Positions 1-8,542 of a stretch of 50,041 nt of DNA are shown here, piece after piece (positions within the stretch are counted from its first letter, which is position 1; each line of letters starts with the position of its first letter). The notes beneath the pieces are model-generated. The model searched no databases. It was not told the origin of the DNA and worked only from the letters and a program-made list of their open reading frames with translations. The position numbers and the translations under genes are program-made. This DNA is from a virus (Duplodnaviria; Caudoviricetes), in the IMG/VR virus record IMGVR_UViG_3300037200_000048, positions 1-50,041 of that record; one strand, 5' to 3'.

Positions 1-127
1 CGCATTGCCTCCACGAGCATAAGCAGTGCGGTTTCTTACAACTCCGACAGTAGGTTTCGCGGCCATAGCAAGCTGCGCAGTACTTCACTGTCATAAGACC
101 CTTTTCAGACCCTGATACCCGCAATTG
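1..127 (+). repeat. 127-bp exact terminal direct repeat, copy 1 (copy 2 at 49915-50041); probably assembly k-mer overlap
   Basis: cgcattgcctcc...cccgcaattg is identical at both ends. Confidence 0.95.
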
Positions 128-179
128 CTAAAGGCAGCGGAAACGGAATACGAACTTCGACCTAAGCCCGTCTTATTGT

Positions 180-296
180 TCATCGCCTTCTCCTCAACCA
201 GCATAGGAACCCACGCCACAGGCTCCGGTGCCTCAACCCATGCTTCACCCAATCCGTCGGCTCGCCGCAGTGGTAGCAGTAGTGTTGTTCTTTCAT
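180..296 (-). CDS. Small Cys-containing protein MKEQHYCYHCGEPTDW...LRRRR (38 aa)
   Basis: Translated by hand; ATGA overlaps with genes on both sides; CxxC motif. Confidence 0.5.
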   Translation of the reverse strand: MKEQHYCYHCGEPTDWVKHGLRHRSLWRGFLCWLRRRR

Positions 297-526
297 ACCT
301 TCCCCTTCCCGGCACAGAGGCCGATGCTCACGAATCGCACCGAAATTTTTCTCTCGCGGGAGAATCCCATCTGCTTCGCCAGAGTTGGCCCCGCATCACG
401 CCGACTCAAATACACGTCGGACAGATAGCCTACCGTTACATTCAGGGATTTCGCATATTCACGGAGCGAGCGCGTCCCTTGCTTGGATTTGATGAGGCTA
501 ACGAATTGCTCGTGGGTCAGTATCAT
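293..526 (-). CDS. XRE/Cro-like helix-turn-helix transcriptional regulator
   Basis: SLREYAKSLNVTVGYLSDVYLSRRDAGP is a typical HTH pattern; divergent from the early operon. Confidence 0.8.
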   Translation of the reverse strand: MILTHEQFVSLIKSKQGTRSLREYAKSLNVTVGYLSDVYLSRRDAGPTLAKQMGFSRERKISVRFVSIGLCAGKGKV

Positions 527-532
527 GAGAGC

Positions 533-561
533 ATATTAGTGCTCCCCGTCCGCCATGTCAA
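533..561 (-). promoter_or_regulatory. sigma70 promoter TTGACA-17-TAATAT; leaderless transcript for the HTH gene
   Basis: tgtcaa 556-561, atatta 533-538; ATG at 526 lies at the expected start site. Confidence 0.75.
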
Positions 562-590
562 CTATTTTCGCAATGTCCGCAAAATAAGAG

Positions 591-619
591 TTGACACGCT
601 CCGGCGCACAGTGCATACT
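591..619 (+). promoter_or_regulatory. sigma70 promoter TTGACA-17-CATACT for the early operon
   Basis: Consensus -35 at 591-596, 17-bp spacer, -10 at 614-619. Confidence 0.7.
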
Positions 620-695
620 CGCTTCAGTTCGATATTCGCAAGGCCGCCGCCGCAACCCACTATTGCCCGCAATGCGCGGAGAAAGGAATCAAACT

Positions 696-917
696 ATGAC
701 TAGCTTAGCCCACAGCAAGCCGCGGCGTTACCTTGGGGAGTTGAGGGTTGGGGCTGTTTACCAGTCGTGCATCCGCCCGCGCATAACCCGCCGAGTCGCG
801 CGGGTTGCCCACGACAACGTTTACTACGTCTACATGGAGACCGGGAAATGCCCAAGGGAATGTGTCGCGACGGAAGATACGTTTCGAGAGTTTACCTCGC
901 ACGAGGTGAAGCCGTGA
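696..917 (+). CDS. Hypothetical early protein
   Basis: AAAGGA RBS before ATG 696; GTGA overlap with next gene. Confidence 0.65.
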   Translation: MTSLAHSKPRRYLGELRVGAVYQSCIRPRITRRVARVAHDNVYYVYMETGKCPRECVATEDTFREFTSHEVKP

Positions 918-1060
918 ACCAACCCGACTTCAACGGATCGAAGAACCTCAGCGCCGAGGACAGACGAACCCTCTTCACCATTGGCTGCGTCTGCGCGTTA
1001 GCCTTCATCCTGGGCGTTGTCCTCTTCATTGTGAATTTTCCTACGCTGGTGGGACCATGA
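914..1060 (+). CDS. Small membrane protein
   Basis: Hydrophobic helix TLFTIGCVCALAFILGVVLFIV; coupled start and stop. Confidence 0.6.
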   Translation: MNQPDFNGSKNLSAEDRRTLFTIGCVCALAFILGVVLFIVNFPTLVGP

Positions 1061-1302
1061 TCCGCCAATTCCTCACCTCTCCCGGCTGCATCTTCGTGGT
1101 GGCCATGCTTCTTCTTGCTCTGGCTGCATGGATCGTCGAGCGCCCAAGCAAACCGAAGCACCGGATTACCGGGGTGATCCATATATGGGGCGACTATTGG
1201 GCTTGCTGCGCTTGCGGATGGCAGACCGTAGGTTTCTCCTCTGAGGCGAACGCCCGCACCGCGCTCGACAACCATATCGCAGAACCCTGGAGGGAACAAT
1301 GA
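1057..1302 (+). CDS. Membrane-anchored small protein with Cys/His motif
   Basis: N-terminal TM helix, CCACGW...H; ATGA coupling. Confidence 0.6.
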   Translation: MIRQFLTSPGCIFVVAMLLLALAAWIVERPSKPKHRITGVIHIWGDYWACCACGWQTVGFSSEANARTALDNHIAEPWREQ

Positions 1303-1463
1303 CACCCGACGGCCTGGAAGCTGCCTCCGAACGAGTCCGCCTAGCCGAGTTGGGACTCAAGGGGGCAAATGAGTATGCGCGTCTCGCCGCCGAAGACCTC
1401 GACCGAGCACGGCAGGCTCTCGAACTGGAAATCAAGAACGCACCGAACAGGATGGGGCAGTAA
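1299..1463 (+). CDS. Small helical hypothetical protein MTPDGLEAASERVRLAEL...NRMGQ (54 aa)
   Basis: Translated by hand; GGAGGG RBS; ATGA overlap. Confidence 0.6.
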   Translation: MTPDGLEAASERVRLAELGLKGANEYARLAAEDLDRARQALELEIKNAPNRMGQ

Positions 1464-1508
1464 CCATCCCTCAACCCGCACCAAACGCGCTGGGAGGCGC
1501 ACAATACA

Positions 1509-1862
1509 ATGCCATTCGCCAAAGAAATCGCCGCTGAACTCCGCAAGATTGCAGACGCACTCGACCTCAACCCTGAAGTTGAAACCATCAAGCCAACCCT
1601 GTCCTTCTTCTTCTTCTATGCAGAAGAGAAAGAGAAGTTTATGGCGACTGCCCGCCTCCTGCCGCGGCCAGTCCAAAAGCAGTACCCCGAGGACGATGAC
1701 CATTTCTCTCGTGTGCGCGTTGTGCATTCTGCGGATGCGGTTGACGTGGAGACTAGCATCTACCGCACAGCCATCTGCACCATCGTCAAGCCAGCGCAGC
1801 CAGCCGAGTACGATTGCAGCCTCACCCTGCTCGACCACGAAGACGCTTCGCTCACCGCATAG
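1509..1862 (+). CDS. Hypothetical protein
   Basis: GGGAGG RBS; phage-like coding composition. Confidence 0.7.
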   Translation: MPFAKEIAAELRKIADALDLNPEVETIKPTLSFFFFYAEEKEKFMATARLLPRPVQKQYPEDDDHFSRVRVVHSADAVDVETSIYRTAICTIVKPAQPAEYDCSLTLLDHEDASLTA

Positions 1863-1895
1863 GATGGGGCAGTAAACCGCGCTAGGAGGCCAACA

Positions 1896-2402
1896 ATGGC
1901 AACATGTGTAGCATTACACGCGCACCACGAAGCGAAACTCCCAATAGAGTTTTTGTATGAGTCCTATGAGTCGCGCCTCAAAACCATCAACACAACGAAG
2001 GCCGCGGAAGAGCCGTCTTGGAAGGTCGAACTTCGCAAGAAACTCTTCCGCGAGATAACCCCAGAGGAGATGCCGGACTGGTTCGCCGACCTGCGGAAGC
2101 AGATCGCCGACCTGCGGAAGCAGCGCGCCGACCTATTGAAGCAGAGCGCCGACCTGGGGAAGCAGCGCGCCGACCTGGGGAAGCAGCGCGCCGACCTATT
2201 GAAGCAGAGCGACGACCTGGGGAAGCAGAGCGACGACCTGGGGAAGCAGCGCGCCGACCTATTGAAGCAGAGCGACAACCTGTGGAAGCAGCGCGCCGAC
2301 CTGTGGAAGCAGCGCGCCGACGACATCATCGCGTTCCACGACTCCATCTGCCGTTGCGGATGGACGCGCGAGAACAACAACATCTTCAATTTCCCACGCT
2401 AA
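1896..2402 (+). CDS. Coiled-coil heptad-repeat protein
   Basis: AGGAGG RBS; heptads of the form ADLxKQ[RS]. Confidence 0.8.
   Translation: MATCVALHAHHEAKLPIEFLYESYESRLKTINTTKAAEEPSWKVELRKKLFREITPEEMPDWFADLRKQIADLRKQRADLLKQSADLGKQRADLGKQRADLLKQSDDLGKQSDDLGKQRADLLKQSDNLWKQRADLWKQRADDIIAFHDSICRCGWTRENNNIFNFPR
2085..2321 (+). repeat. Intragenic 21-bp tandem repeat, 11 units plus 6 bp (GCCGACCTNNNGAAGCAGMGC)
   Basis: Units read directly; abutting with no spacers. Confidence 0.95.
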
Positions 2403-2485
2403 GCGTAATTGCTGCGTTGAGAGCCGCTGTCTAGGCCTAGACTATTTCGCTCGATTTTATGTCCCCGCGCTAGGAGGCGCACCGC

Positions 2486-3778
2486 ATGTCCAGTGAATTT
2501 ACACCCAAGAAGGCTCAGAAAGCCGCCGTCAAGCTGAAGATGGCGATACAGGGGCCAAGCGGTTCCGGCAAGACCGAGGGCGCGCTTGCGCTGGCGAAGA
2601 ACTTTATGCCGAACGCCAAGATTCTCCTGATCGACACCGAGAACTCTTCAGCTTCGCTCTACGCGGATCGCTACGACTTTGACACAATACCTCTGACCGC
2701 ACCGTACACGTCCCAGCGATACGTCAACGCCATGCGCGAAGCCGTGACAGGCGGTTACGACGTGCTGATCGTGGACTCTATCACCCAGCAGTGGGATGGC
2801 GAGGGTGGTATCCTCCGGCGGAAAGAAGAGAAGGATCGAAGCGGCGGAAATAGCTTCACCAATTGGGCATCGTTCACGCCGGAGCATACGAGGTTCATGG
2901 AGTTTATCAAGCAACTCCCCGTGCATACCATCGTAACGATGCGTTCCAAGCAGGCATACATCTTGGAGAAGAACGACAAAGGCAAGGAGGCACCGCGCAA
3001 GGTCGGACTTGACCCCATCCAGCGCGAGGGTACGGAGTACGAGTACACCATCGTATTCGAGGTCAACATGGCCCACCGCGCCACTACATCGAAGAATCGC
3101 ACCACGCTATTCCAAACCGACGAACTGATTGACTTGACCAGCCCAAAGGTCGCCGAAGAACTCAAGGCGTGGCTGGCAAACGGAATCCTGCTCCCGCGTC
3201 CGGCGGAGGATGTGGTGGGTCAGGTGGTAGACGAGGTTGAACGCCAGCAGGCCGTACATGCTCCCGCTACGATTGCAGAGGCGGTTCTGGCCAACGTGAA
3301 ACCGAAGGAGGAAGGATACGTTCCCCCCGAACTCGAATGGAGCTACCAGAAGACCACCGGCATCCTCATCTGCCGGATCACCGACGTCCAGAAGAAGACC
3401 AAAAAGGGCAGTAAGGATGAGTTCCTTGCCGTGAAAATCAATCAGCCCATCGAAGGCAAGTGGATCATCTTCTACTGGCACAAAACGCACATCGACCTGC
3501 TGCTGGCTTCGATAGGTAAGATAGTCAAACTGGAGACGGACGTAAAGGGAGGCTTCGCCAACATCAATGCCGTTCTGGAGATCGATGGAGAAAAAGTGGA
3601 GGAGTCCACTGAGGACTTCGAGATGCAGGCTAGGTGGTTGGCAGGAGTACTCGAATTCACCGAACCTGAACTGACCGAGCTTCACCAGCGATGGAATCGT
3701 GGGTCGTGGAAGGACACGCTGGCCGCACTGCAAGGCGAGAAGCTGCGCCGGGAATCCCTGGAAGGAGAGCCAGCATGA
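2486..3778 (+). CDS. AAA_24/Sak4-like P-loop ATPase (phage recombination protein) with long C-terminal extension
   Basis: Walker A GPSGSGKT, IDTE, Walker B VLIVDS, PIQREGTEYEY motif. Confidence 0.85.
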   Translation: MSSEFTPKKAQKAAVKLKMAIQGPSGSGKTEGALALAKNFMPNAKILLIDTENSSASLYADRYDFDTIPLTAPYTSQRYVNAMREAVTGGYDVLIVDSITQQWDGEGGILRRKEEKDRSGGNSFTNWASFTPEHTRFMEFIKQLPVHTIVTMRSKQAYILEKNDKGKEAPRKVGLDPIQREGTEYEYTIVFEVNMAHRATTSKNRTTLFQTDELIDLTSPKVAEELKAWLANGILLPRPAEDVVGQVVDEVERQQAVHAPATIAEAVLANVKPKEEGYVPPELEWSYQKTTGILICRITDVQKKTKKGSKDEFLAVKINQPIEGKWIIFYWHKTHIDLLLASIGKIVKLETDVKGGFANINAVLEIDGEKVEESTEDFEMQARWLAGVLEFTEPELTELHQRWNRGSWKDTLAALQGEKLRRESLEGEPA

Positions 3779-4083
3779 CCGAGACCCACCGCCAAAACCT
3801 ACTCATGGCCTGCGCTTACGCAGAAGTGTTTATCAGAAATGCGGACATGGAGATTCGCGCGTGTCAACTGGTTGCGTCCAGCAAGTTGAAGGACGCCACA
3901 CCGTGGCCTCAGGCTCGCCAGAGAGCCGCAGAGCAGTTGCAAGCCGCCCTCCGTGCGCTGGACGATCCGTCTCCGGATGTGCCTGTTGTGGACTGGAGAA
4001 CACTGCGCGACACAGCCAAGTCCGTCGAGGACCTTCGGGCTTTGGGCGACGAGTTCAGGAAGGAGCGTGATTCATGGACCTAA
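3775..4083 (+). CDS. Hypothetical protein
   Basis: AAGGAG RBS; ATGA overlap. Confidence 0.6.
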   Translation: MTETHRQNLLMACAYAEVFIRNADMEIRACQLVASSKLKDATPWPQARQRAAEQLQAALRALDDPSPDVPVVDWRTLRDTAKSVEDLRALGDEFRKERDSWT

Positions 4084-4271
4084 GCTACATGGACAACCTG
4101 GGCGTTCTGAGTTGGTATCACGCTTCCGAGGACAAGAGCTACGCATACGCCGAGTTGGAGAAGAGGGGCTTGCTGGAGTGGCTAGAGGATGATGGCTCCA
4201 TTGAGTGGTTGTTGGAGCAGTGCGGGGTTGAACCGATGACGCAAGAGATTGGAAGTAGCTTCACAGCATGA
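4074..4271 (+). CDS. Small acidic hypothetical protein
   Basis: AAGGAG RBS. Confidence 0.55.
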   Translation: MDLSYMDNLGVLSWYHASEDKSYAYAELEKRGLLEWLEDDGSIEWLLEQCGVEPMTQEIGSSFTA

Positions 4272-4433
4272 ACCTGTTGGATGAAGTGGGACGCTCTAGG
4301 GACATCGGCGCGACTCGGGATATAAATGCGTGGGAGACGCACCTACGTATCCGCCCCCACGATGGACGACCTGCAATCCTAGCTTAGAGCGTTCCACCTG
4401 ATCCAGCACAGAATGAACCTATTGGAGGACACC

Positions 4434-4670
4434 ATGACGCAAGAGATTGATGTAGAAATTCTGGTGACGGTAACGGTGGATGAGAGCAAGTTTACGCCGG
4501 AGTTCCTCGCGGAATTTAGGGAGCACTTCTTTCCGTTTGAAACCGTTGAAGACCACATTCGCCATATCGCTTTTCTTGCAGCTACGGGACAGCTAGGCGA
4601 TTTGCCTCGGTTTGTCGAAGGCTATGGCCAATCGCAGGATTTTGGGATCGAGGTTTCAATAGGCCGCTGA
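4434..4670 (+). CDS. Hypothetical protein
   Basis: GGAGG RBS before ATG 4434. Confidence 0.65.
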   Translation: MTQEIDVEILVTVTVDESKFTPEFLAEFREHFFPFETVEDHIRHIAFLAATGQLGDLPRFVEGYGQSQDFGIEVSIGR

Positions 4671-4707
4671 TCCAACACAGCATGAACCAGGAGAGGATTT
4701 AGAGAAA

Positions 4708-4926
4708 ATGGCTAAATATCGTGTAAGGCTGTTTGGATCACTACCTTGCAGCGCAAAGATGATCGTAAAAGCTGATTCTCCCAAAGAAGCGGAAGACTGG
4801 GCAATCGAAAACTCTGACAAGTTCCCTTGGGACGGGTCAGACTACTCTAGACCGGATGGTTCTCAGATCGAGGGAGCCGAAATTGTTGAGGAAATCGAGG
4901 AGCCCAAAGATGCCCAACCTGAATGA
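4708..4926 (+). CDS. Small acidic protein (MAKYRV...ADSPKEAEDWA)
   Basis: Resembles the common phage 'V.A.S.EEA' small-protein type (DpnD/PcfM-like); RBS present. Confidence 0.6.
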   Translation: MAKYRVRLFGSLPCSAKMIVKADSPKEAEDWAIENSDKFPWDGSDYSRPDGSQIEGAEIVEEIEEPKDAQPE

Positions 4927-5497
4927 GAGAGAGATAGCCGCCTACGAATATGGCGACGTGATTGTTCCTAACGGGAAGTCGGGCGACTGGGAGGTTTCCG
5001 AGCGCACCGTTAGCAAGTTTGAGTCGATGATGTCGAGTATTCGCGGCGGGTCGCTGTTCCACTGTCCCGAGGGGACGTATAAGACGCTTACCTGCGGCTT
5101 CGATTGCGTGATGTCGAATACTCCAATGGAGTTGCGTACCAACCGCGCGTTTGTCCGGGCCGCTGAAGGGCATGTTCACATAAATGGGCTGGGCCTCGGA
5201 GTTGTTCTGCTGGCTGTCCTGATGAAGCTTGAGGTTGAGTCTGTAACGGTAGTTGAGAAGTCGCCGGACGTGATTTCCTTGGTCGCGCCGTCGTTCGCTA
5301 GCTTCGACAAGTTGACCATAATTCAGGGCGATGCGCTCGAATATAAGCCGCCATCCAAGAAGAGGTTCGGAGCCGTTTGGCACGATATTTGGAATGGGAT
5401 ATGCGAAGACAATCTAGACGACATGCGCTTGCTGCACCGCCGATGGGGACGAAAAACTCAATGGCAGGGCAGCTGGGCGCGGGAGCTAATCCGATGA
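4910..5497 (+). CDS. SAM-dependent methyltransferase, spermidine-synthase-like fold
   Basis: VHINGLGLG motif I, VTVVEKS, IIQGDA, WHDIW. Confidence 0.8.
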   Translation: MPNLNEREIAAYEYGDVIVPNGKSGDWEVSERTVSKFESMMSSIRGGSLFHCPEGTYKTLTCGFDCVMSNTPMELRTNRAFVRAAEGHVHINGLGLGVVLLAVLMKLEVESVTVVEKSPDVISLVAPSFASFDKLTIIQGDALEYKPPSKKRFGAVWHDIWNGICEDNLDDMRLLHRRWGRKTQWQGSWARELIR

Positions 5498-5835
5498 CAA
5501 TGCCAAATGAGAAGACAGCGCACACGCCTTGGAGCGCGGAACAGAGAGCGCAGGCCATCCGTGACACTGAGGCGATGGTAGCTGTATCCCAACGCGCTAC
5601 AGCCGTGGAGGCCTATAACGACATGGCCATCGAACTTGCTTGCCAGCGCAACCGGCTTCTACAGGCTCTCCAATTGCTACTGAAGGACGAACTCCAAGCG
5701 AAGCGCAACGAAGCGGCACGATGGGGAATAGTGGGTACGGACGCTGCACTCGAGGCGCGATTTCCAGACGGCCCCTATGACAATATCAATCAGGCCCGCG
5801 CAGCCATCGCCCTAGCCACAGGAGGGAAGCCATGA
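5494..5835 (+). CDS. Hypothetical phage protein
   Basis: ATGA coupling; C-terminal ARAAIALATG is typical of phage accessory ORFs. Confidence 0.65.
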   Translation: MTMPNEKTAHTPWSAEQRAQAIRDTEAMVAVSQRATAVEAYNDMAIELACQRNRLLQALQLLLKDELQAKRNEAARWGIVGTDAALEARFPDGPYDNINQARAAIALATGGKP

Positions 5836-5985
5836 GAGCCTCTGAGGTGCTCGCCCCCAAGCCCGTGCCCACGCCTCAAGACGAGCGATGCGCGACATGC
5901 GCACACACGCTATTCGATCACGAGGGCATGACGGGAGGATTTTGTTTAGTGCCTGGATGTCTGTGCGGCATGTTCATGGAAACTC

Positions 5986-6399
5986 ATGGCGAAGTGTAAC
6001 GCCGTAGACAGGGCGTGGTTCGGTAGGAGGCAGTTGTGGCTACTGTGTTCTTACGAGAGATGGCACGAAGGGCCTCACCGTGATTCTCGACACAAGGAGC
6101 ATTACTGGTCAGAGACTTTCTATGAGGAGGAAATTGAACGAGGGCGACCGATAAAGGTTCCAACGAAGAAGGTTCGGCTGTGCAAGAAGTGCGGCAAGGA
6201 GCGACGGACTGACGGGGCCAACGATGCCTGCGTATGCAAGGAAACCGGGGCGAACAAGCGGCAATCTATCATGTTCGCGGATGAGCGGGAGAAGCTGTAT
6301 CGGCAAGCGGCACTCAGAGATTTGGAAGACGACATCGCATGGCTGATGGATCGGTGGAAGAAAGAGGCTGATGAAGATGGATACCACGGAGCTTTTTGA
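5986..6399 (+). CDS. Hypothetical Cys-containing protein
   Basis: ORF track; CKKC...CVC. Confidence 0.5.
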   Translation: MAKCNAVDRAWFGRRQLWLLCSYERWHEGPHRDSRHKEHYWSETFYEEEIERGRPIKVPTKKVRLCKKCGKERRTDGANDACVCKETGANKRQSIMFADEREKLYRQAALRDLEDDIAWLMDRWKKEADEDGYHGAF

Positions 6400-6622
6400 G
6401 GACATAGCGAACAGCGTCTACCGGCTCTATAGGGCCGTCGGGATGTTTCTTGACATGATCTTCCGCAATGGGGAGGGAAATTGGTTCCACCGCTATCCAG
6501 ACGGATGCAATGGGGCTAGGTTCATGCCCCGCGATACGTGGGAACTGGCTTGGGGATTCTGGAAGACGTGGGAGCCGAGGAGTCGATACCGGCGAGTATG
6601 GTGGATGCGGAGGGGACGATGA
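6377..6622 (+). CDS. Hypothetical Trp-rich protein
   Basis: ORF in the operon; coupled to next gene. Confidence 0.45.
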   Translation: MDTTELFEDIANSVYRLYRAVGMFLDMIFRNGEGNWFHRYPDGCNGARFMPRDTWELAWGFWKTWEPRSRYRRVWWMRRGR

Positions 6623-6870
6623 AAGTCGGGAGAACTGGAGACAGCATGGCGTTCAATCCATACACGGTAGACCGTTTCGAGCGCGGGAATGCGGAATTTC
6701 CAGATCAGACCGTAGTGGACTCCGCCGACTACGATGCCCTGCTAGACCTGTTCAAGAGCGTTGTTTGCTTCAAATGCAAGCGTTCCGAAGAGATTGACGC
6801 CGAGGGTAGGTGCATCCGGCACAACCTAATGGCCTACCCAACCCAAGAGCCATTTCATAAGCGTTTCTAA
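6619..6870 (+). CDS. Hypothetical protein containing SADYDALLDL motif
   Basis: GGAGGGG RBS; ATGA overlap. Confidence 0.55.
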   Translation: MKVGRTGDSMAFNPYTVDRFERGNAEFPDQTVVDSADYDALLDLFKSVVCFKCKRSEEIDAEGRCIRHNLMAYPTQEPFHKRF

Positions 6871-6906
6871 TGAGAAAAAGTACTCCATGAATAATTCTTA
6901 TAAGGC

Positions 6907-6935
6907 TGGCAATTCGTCATTTCACACGTTACGCT
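6907..6935 (+). promoter_or_regulatory. Possible promoter TGGCAA-17-TACGCT
   Basis: Intergenic AT-richer segment with correct spacing; weak consensus. Confidence 0.35.
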
Positions 6936-7008
6936 CAAGCAGCGCGAGCGCGATGCGAGCTTGCTCGACAGCGCACGAGCCTCTTGAGCGGTCTAGTGAA
7001 GGGACAGC

Positions 7009-7167
7009 ATGATTCGAGAATACAGTTTGGAGCGTGACGGAAATGGGAGGCCAACTAAGCTCTGTTGGTTGGGCGACCGAGAGATTCCCCGTCCCAATTC
7101 CAAAGCCGAGACGGATGCCGCTAAACTTGCCGAATATGAATCAATATATGGGAAGAGGACGACCTAA
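7009..7167 (+). CDS. Small hypothetical protein MIREYSLERDGNGRPTKLCW... (52 aa)
   Basis: AAGGGA RBS; stop abuts next GTG. Confidence 0.5.
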   Translation: MIREYSLERDGNGRPTKLCWLGDREIPRPNSKAETDAAKLAEYESIYGKRTT

Positions 7168-7758
7168 GTGACCGCGCCTGAGATGGCTTCACGCTTCGGC
7201 GCACGTGGCCCCAGCCGTGGCCCATGGAGGGCCAGATGCCCCGTCCACGGCTCACGGGGACTCACGCTGGCCATCTATCCAAAGGCAGACCGTACCTGTC
7301 TAGTCTGCTTCGCTGGGTGCGCCTCCGATGACGTGCTGATAGCCGTGGGGCTGACGTGGAAGGACTGCTACTACCAGCCGCGCACAAAGATCGATGCGAA
7401 GGCGCAGCAAGAGTATCGCAGGGAGCGGGAAGTAGCAGAGAAGAGGGCAAGCGACATCCGCATCGGCGTCTGGATCATTCGCTTCGCTCGGCGGGGATAT
7501 ACCCGCGAAGACCGCGACCTTGACATCAGTGCTCTATGCGCCTGCGCCATCGTTCTGACCAATAAGGCCATCCCCACGTGGGAATCGATTCTGCGGAGGC
7601 ACAATGAGCGAATCCTTGCCGCTGAACATTGCATGGAACGGGGTATGCTGCCAGAAGTGGTGCATACAAGGCCGAGTTTTCCCTGCGGCGACTGGAACCC
7701 ACCTTTGACAATGGAGCATTTCAACCCGCCGTATCCGACGAATCCGAGGACAGCATGA
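7168..7758 (+). CDS. Protein with N-terminal primase-type (CHC2-like) zinc-binding domain and no visible catalytic domain
   Basis: WRARCPVH...LAI...LVCFAGC...DVL...GL.W.D pattern. Confidence 0.75.
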   Translation: MTAPEMASRFGARGPSRGPWRARCPVHGSRGLTLAIYPKADRTCLVCFAGCASDDVLIAVGLTWKDCYYQPRTKIDAKAQQEYRREREVAEKRASDIRIGVWIIRFARRGYTREDRDLDISALCACAIVLTNKAIPTWESILRRHNERILAAEHCMERGMLPEVVHTRPSFPCGDWNPPLTMEHFNPPYPTNPRTA

Positions 7759-7934
7759 GCACACGGAGCACCATCTACTATCACAAGGCTGACGCAACAG
7801 CTCCCCACATCCACATCTTCACAGATGTGGCGCTCGAAGATGGGGACGACCCGATCCGGATGGAGATTCAGACGGAGTATGCGTTGATCGACGTTCCACT
7901 CCCGAAAGACCTCTGTGAAAGGTTCGGACTATGA
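7755..7934 (+). CDS. Small hypothetical protein MSTRSTIYY...
   Basis: GAGGA RBS; ATGA coupling on both sides. Confidence 0.6.
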   Translation: MSTRSTIYYHKADATAPHIHIFTDVALEDGDDPIRMEIQTEYALIDVPLPKDLCERFGL

Positions 7935-8542
7935 CCGATTGGAATACCCTCCCCGACCCAGAAGCCGAGTCTACCATCTGGAACCAACTCAAGGTCTACG
8001 CCGAGATCGACCGCGTGAAGTGGGGAACCATCGGCCTTATGGCCCATGAAGTCCGTAAGCGCGGCCTGTGGAAGGCCAGAACAGACCCCGAAGACGGCTT
8101 CCCATGCCGCAGCTTCAACCGCTGGGTGCAGATATGCCCCTACCCTCACTCGACCGTACGCGCAGCCCTAGCGGATGTGGATGAACTGAAGGGCGACGTG
8201 TCTGCGGCGGACTTGGCAGAAATCCCACAGTCGAACTTCTCCACCATGAAGCTAATAAGCACAGACTATCGCAAGCGTCCCGACGTGCTGAAAGCGGCGA
8301 AAAGTCTGGGCCTGGACAAGTTCATGGCGAAGACCTACCCGGAGCAGCACCTCAGCGACCGTTCTCCCTTTCGCCTCACCCCAACCGATGAGCAGCGGGC
8401 GGAGATTGAGGAGGCTATCGAACTGGCCATCCAGTGCGGCGATGCTACCAGCAAAGAGGAGGCTATCTTCATGTGGGCAATCAATTACCGGCAGGAGCGC
8501 CAGCAACGCATCATGGACTCAGGGGAGTGCGCCCATGCCTAA
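7931..8542 (+). CDS. Hypothetical protein
   Basis: 203-aa coupled ORF. Confidence 0.7.
   Translation: MTDWNTLPDPEAESTIWNQLKVYAEIDRVKWGTIGLMAHEVRKRGLWKARTDPEDGFPCRSFNRWVQICPYPHSTVRAALADVDELKGDVSAADLAEIPQSNFSTMKLISTDYRKRPDVLKAAKSLGLDKFMAKTYPEQHLSDRSPFRLTPTDEQRAEIEEAIELAIQCGDATSKEEAIFMWAINYRQERQQRIMDSGECAHA

Noticed and set aside
125-703. 192-aa + strand ORF, and similar long antisense ORFs (3107-3733, 18131-18973, 22856-23758, 30052-31053, 47412-48341)
   Set aside because: Shadow frames opposite better-supported genes in GC-rich DNA; no RBS or motif
2085-2321. CRISPR array
   Set aside because: The 21-bp units abut with no unique spacers, lie in frame in a gene, and there are no cas genes
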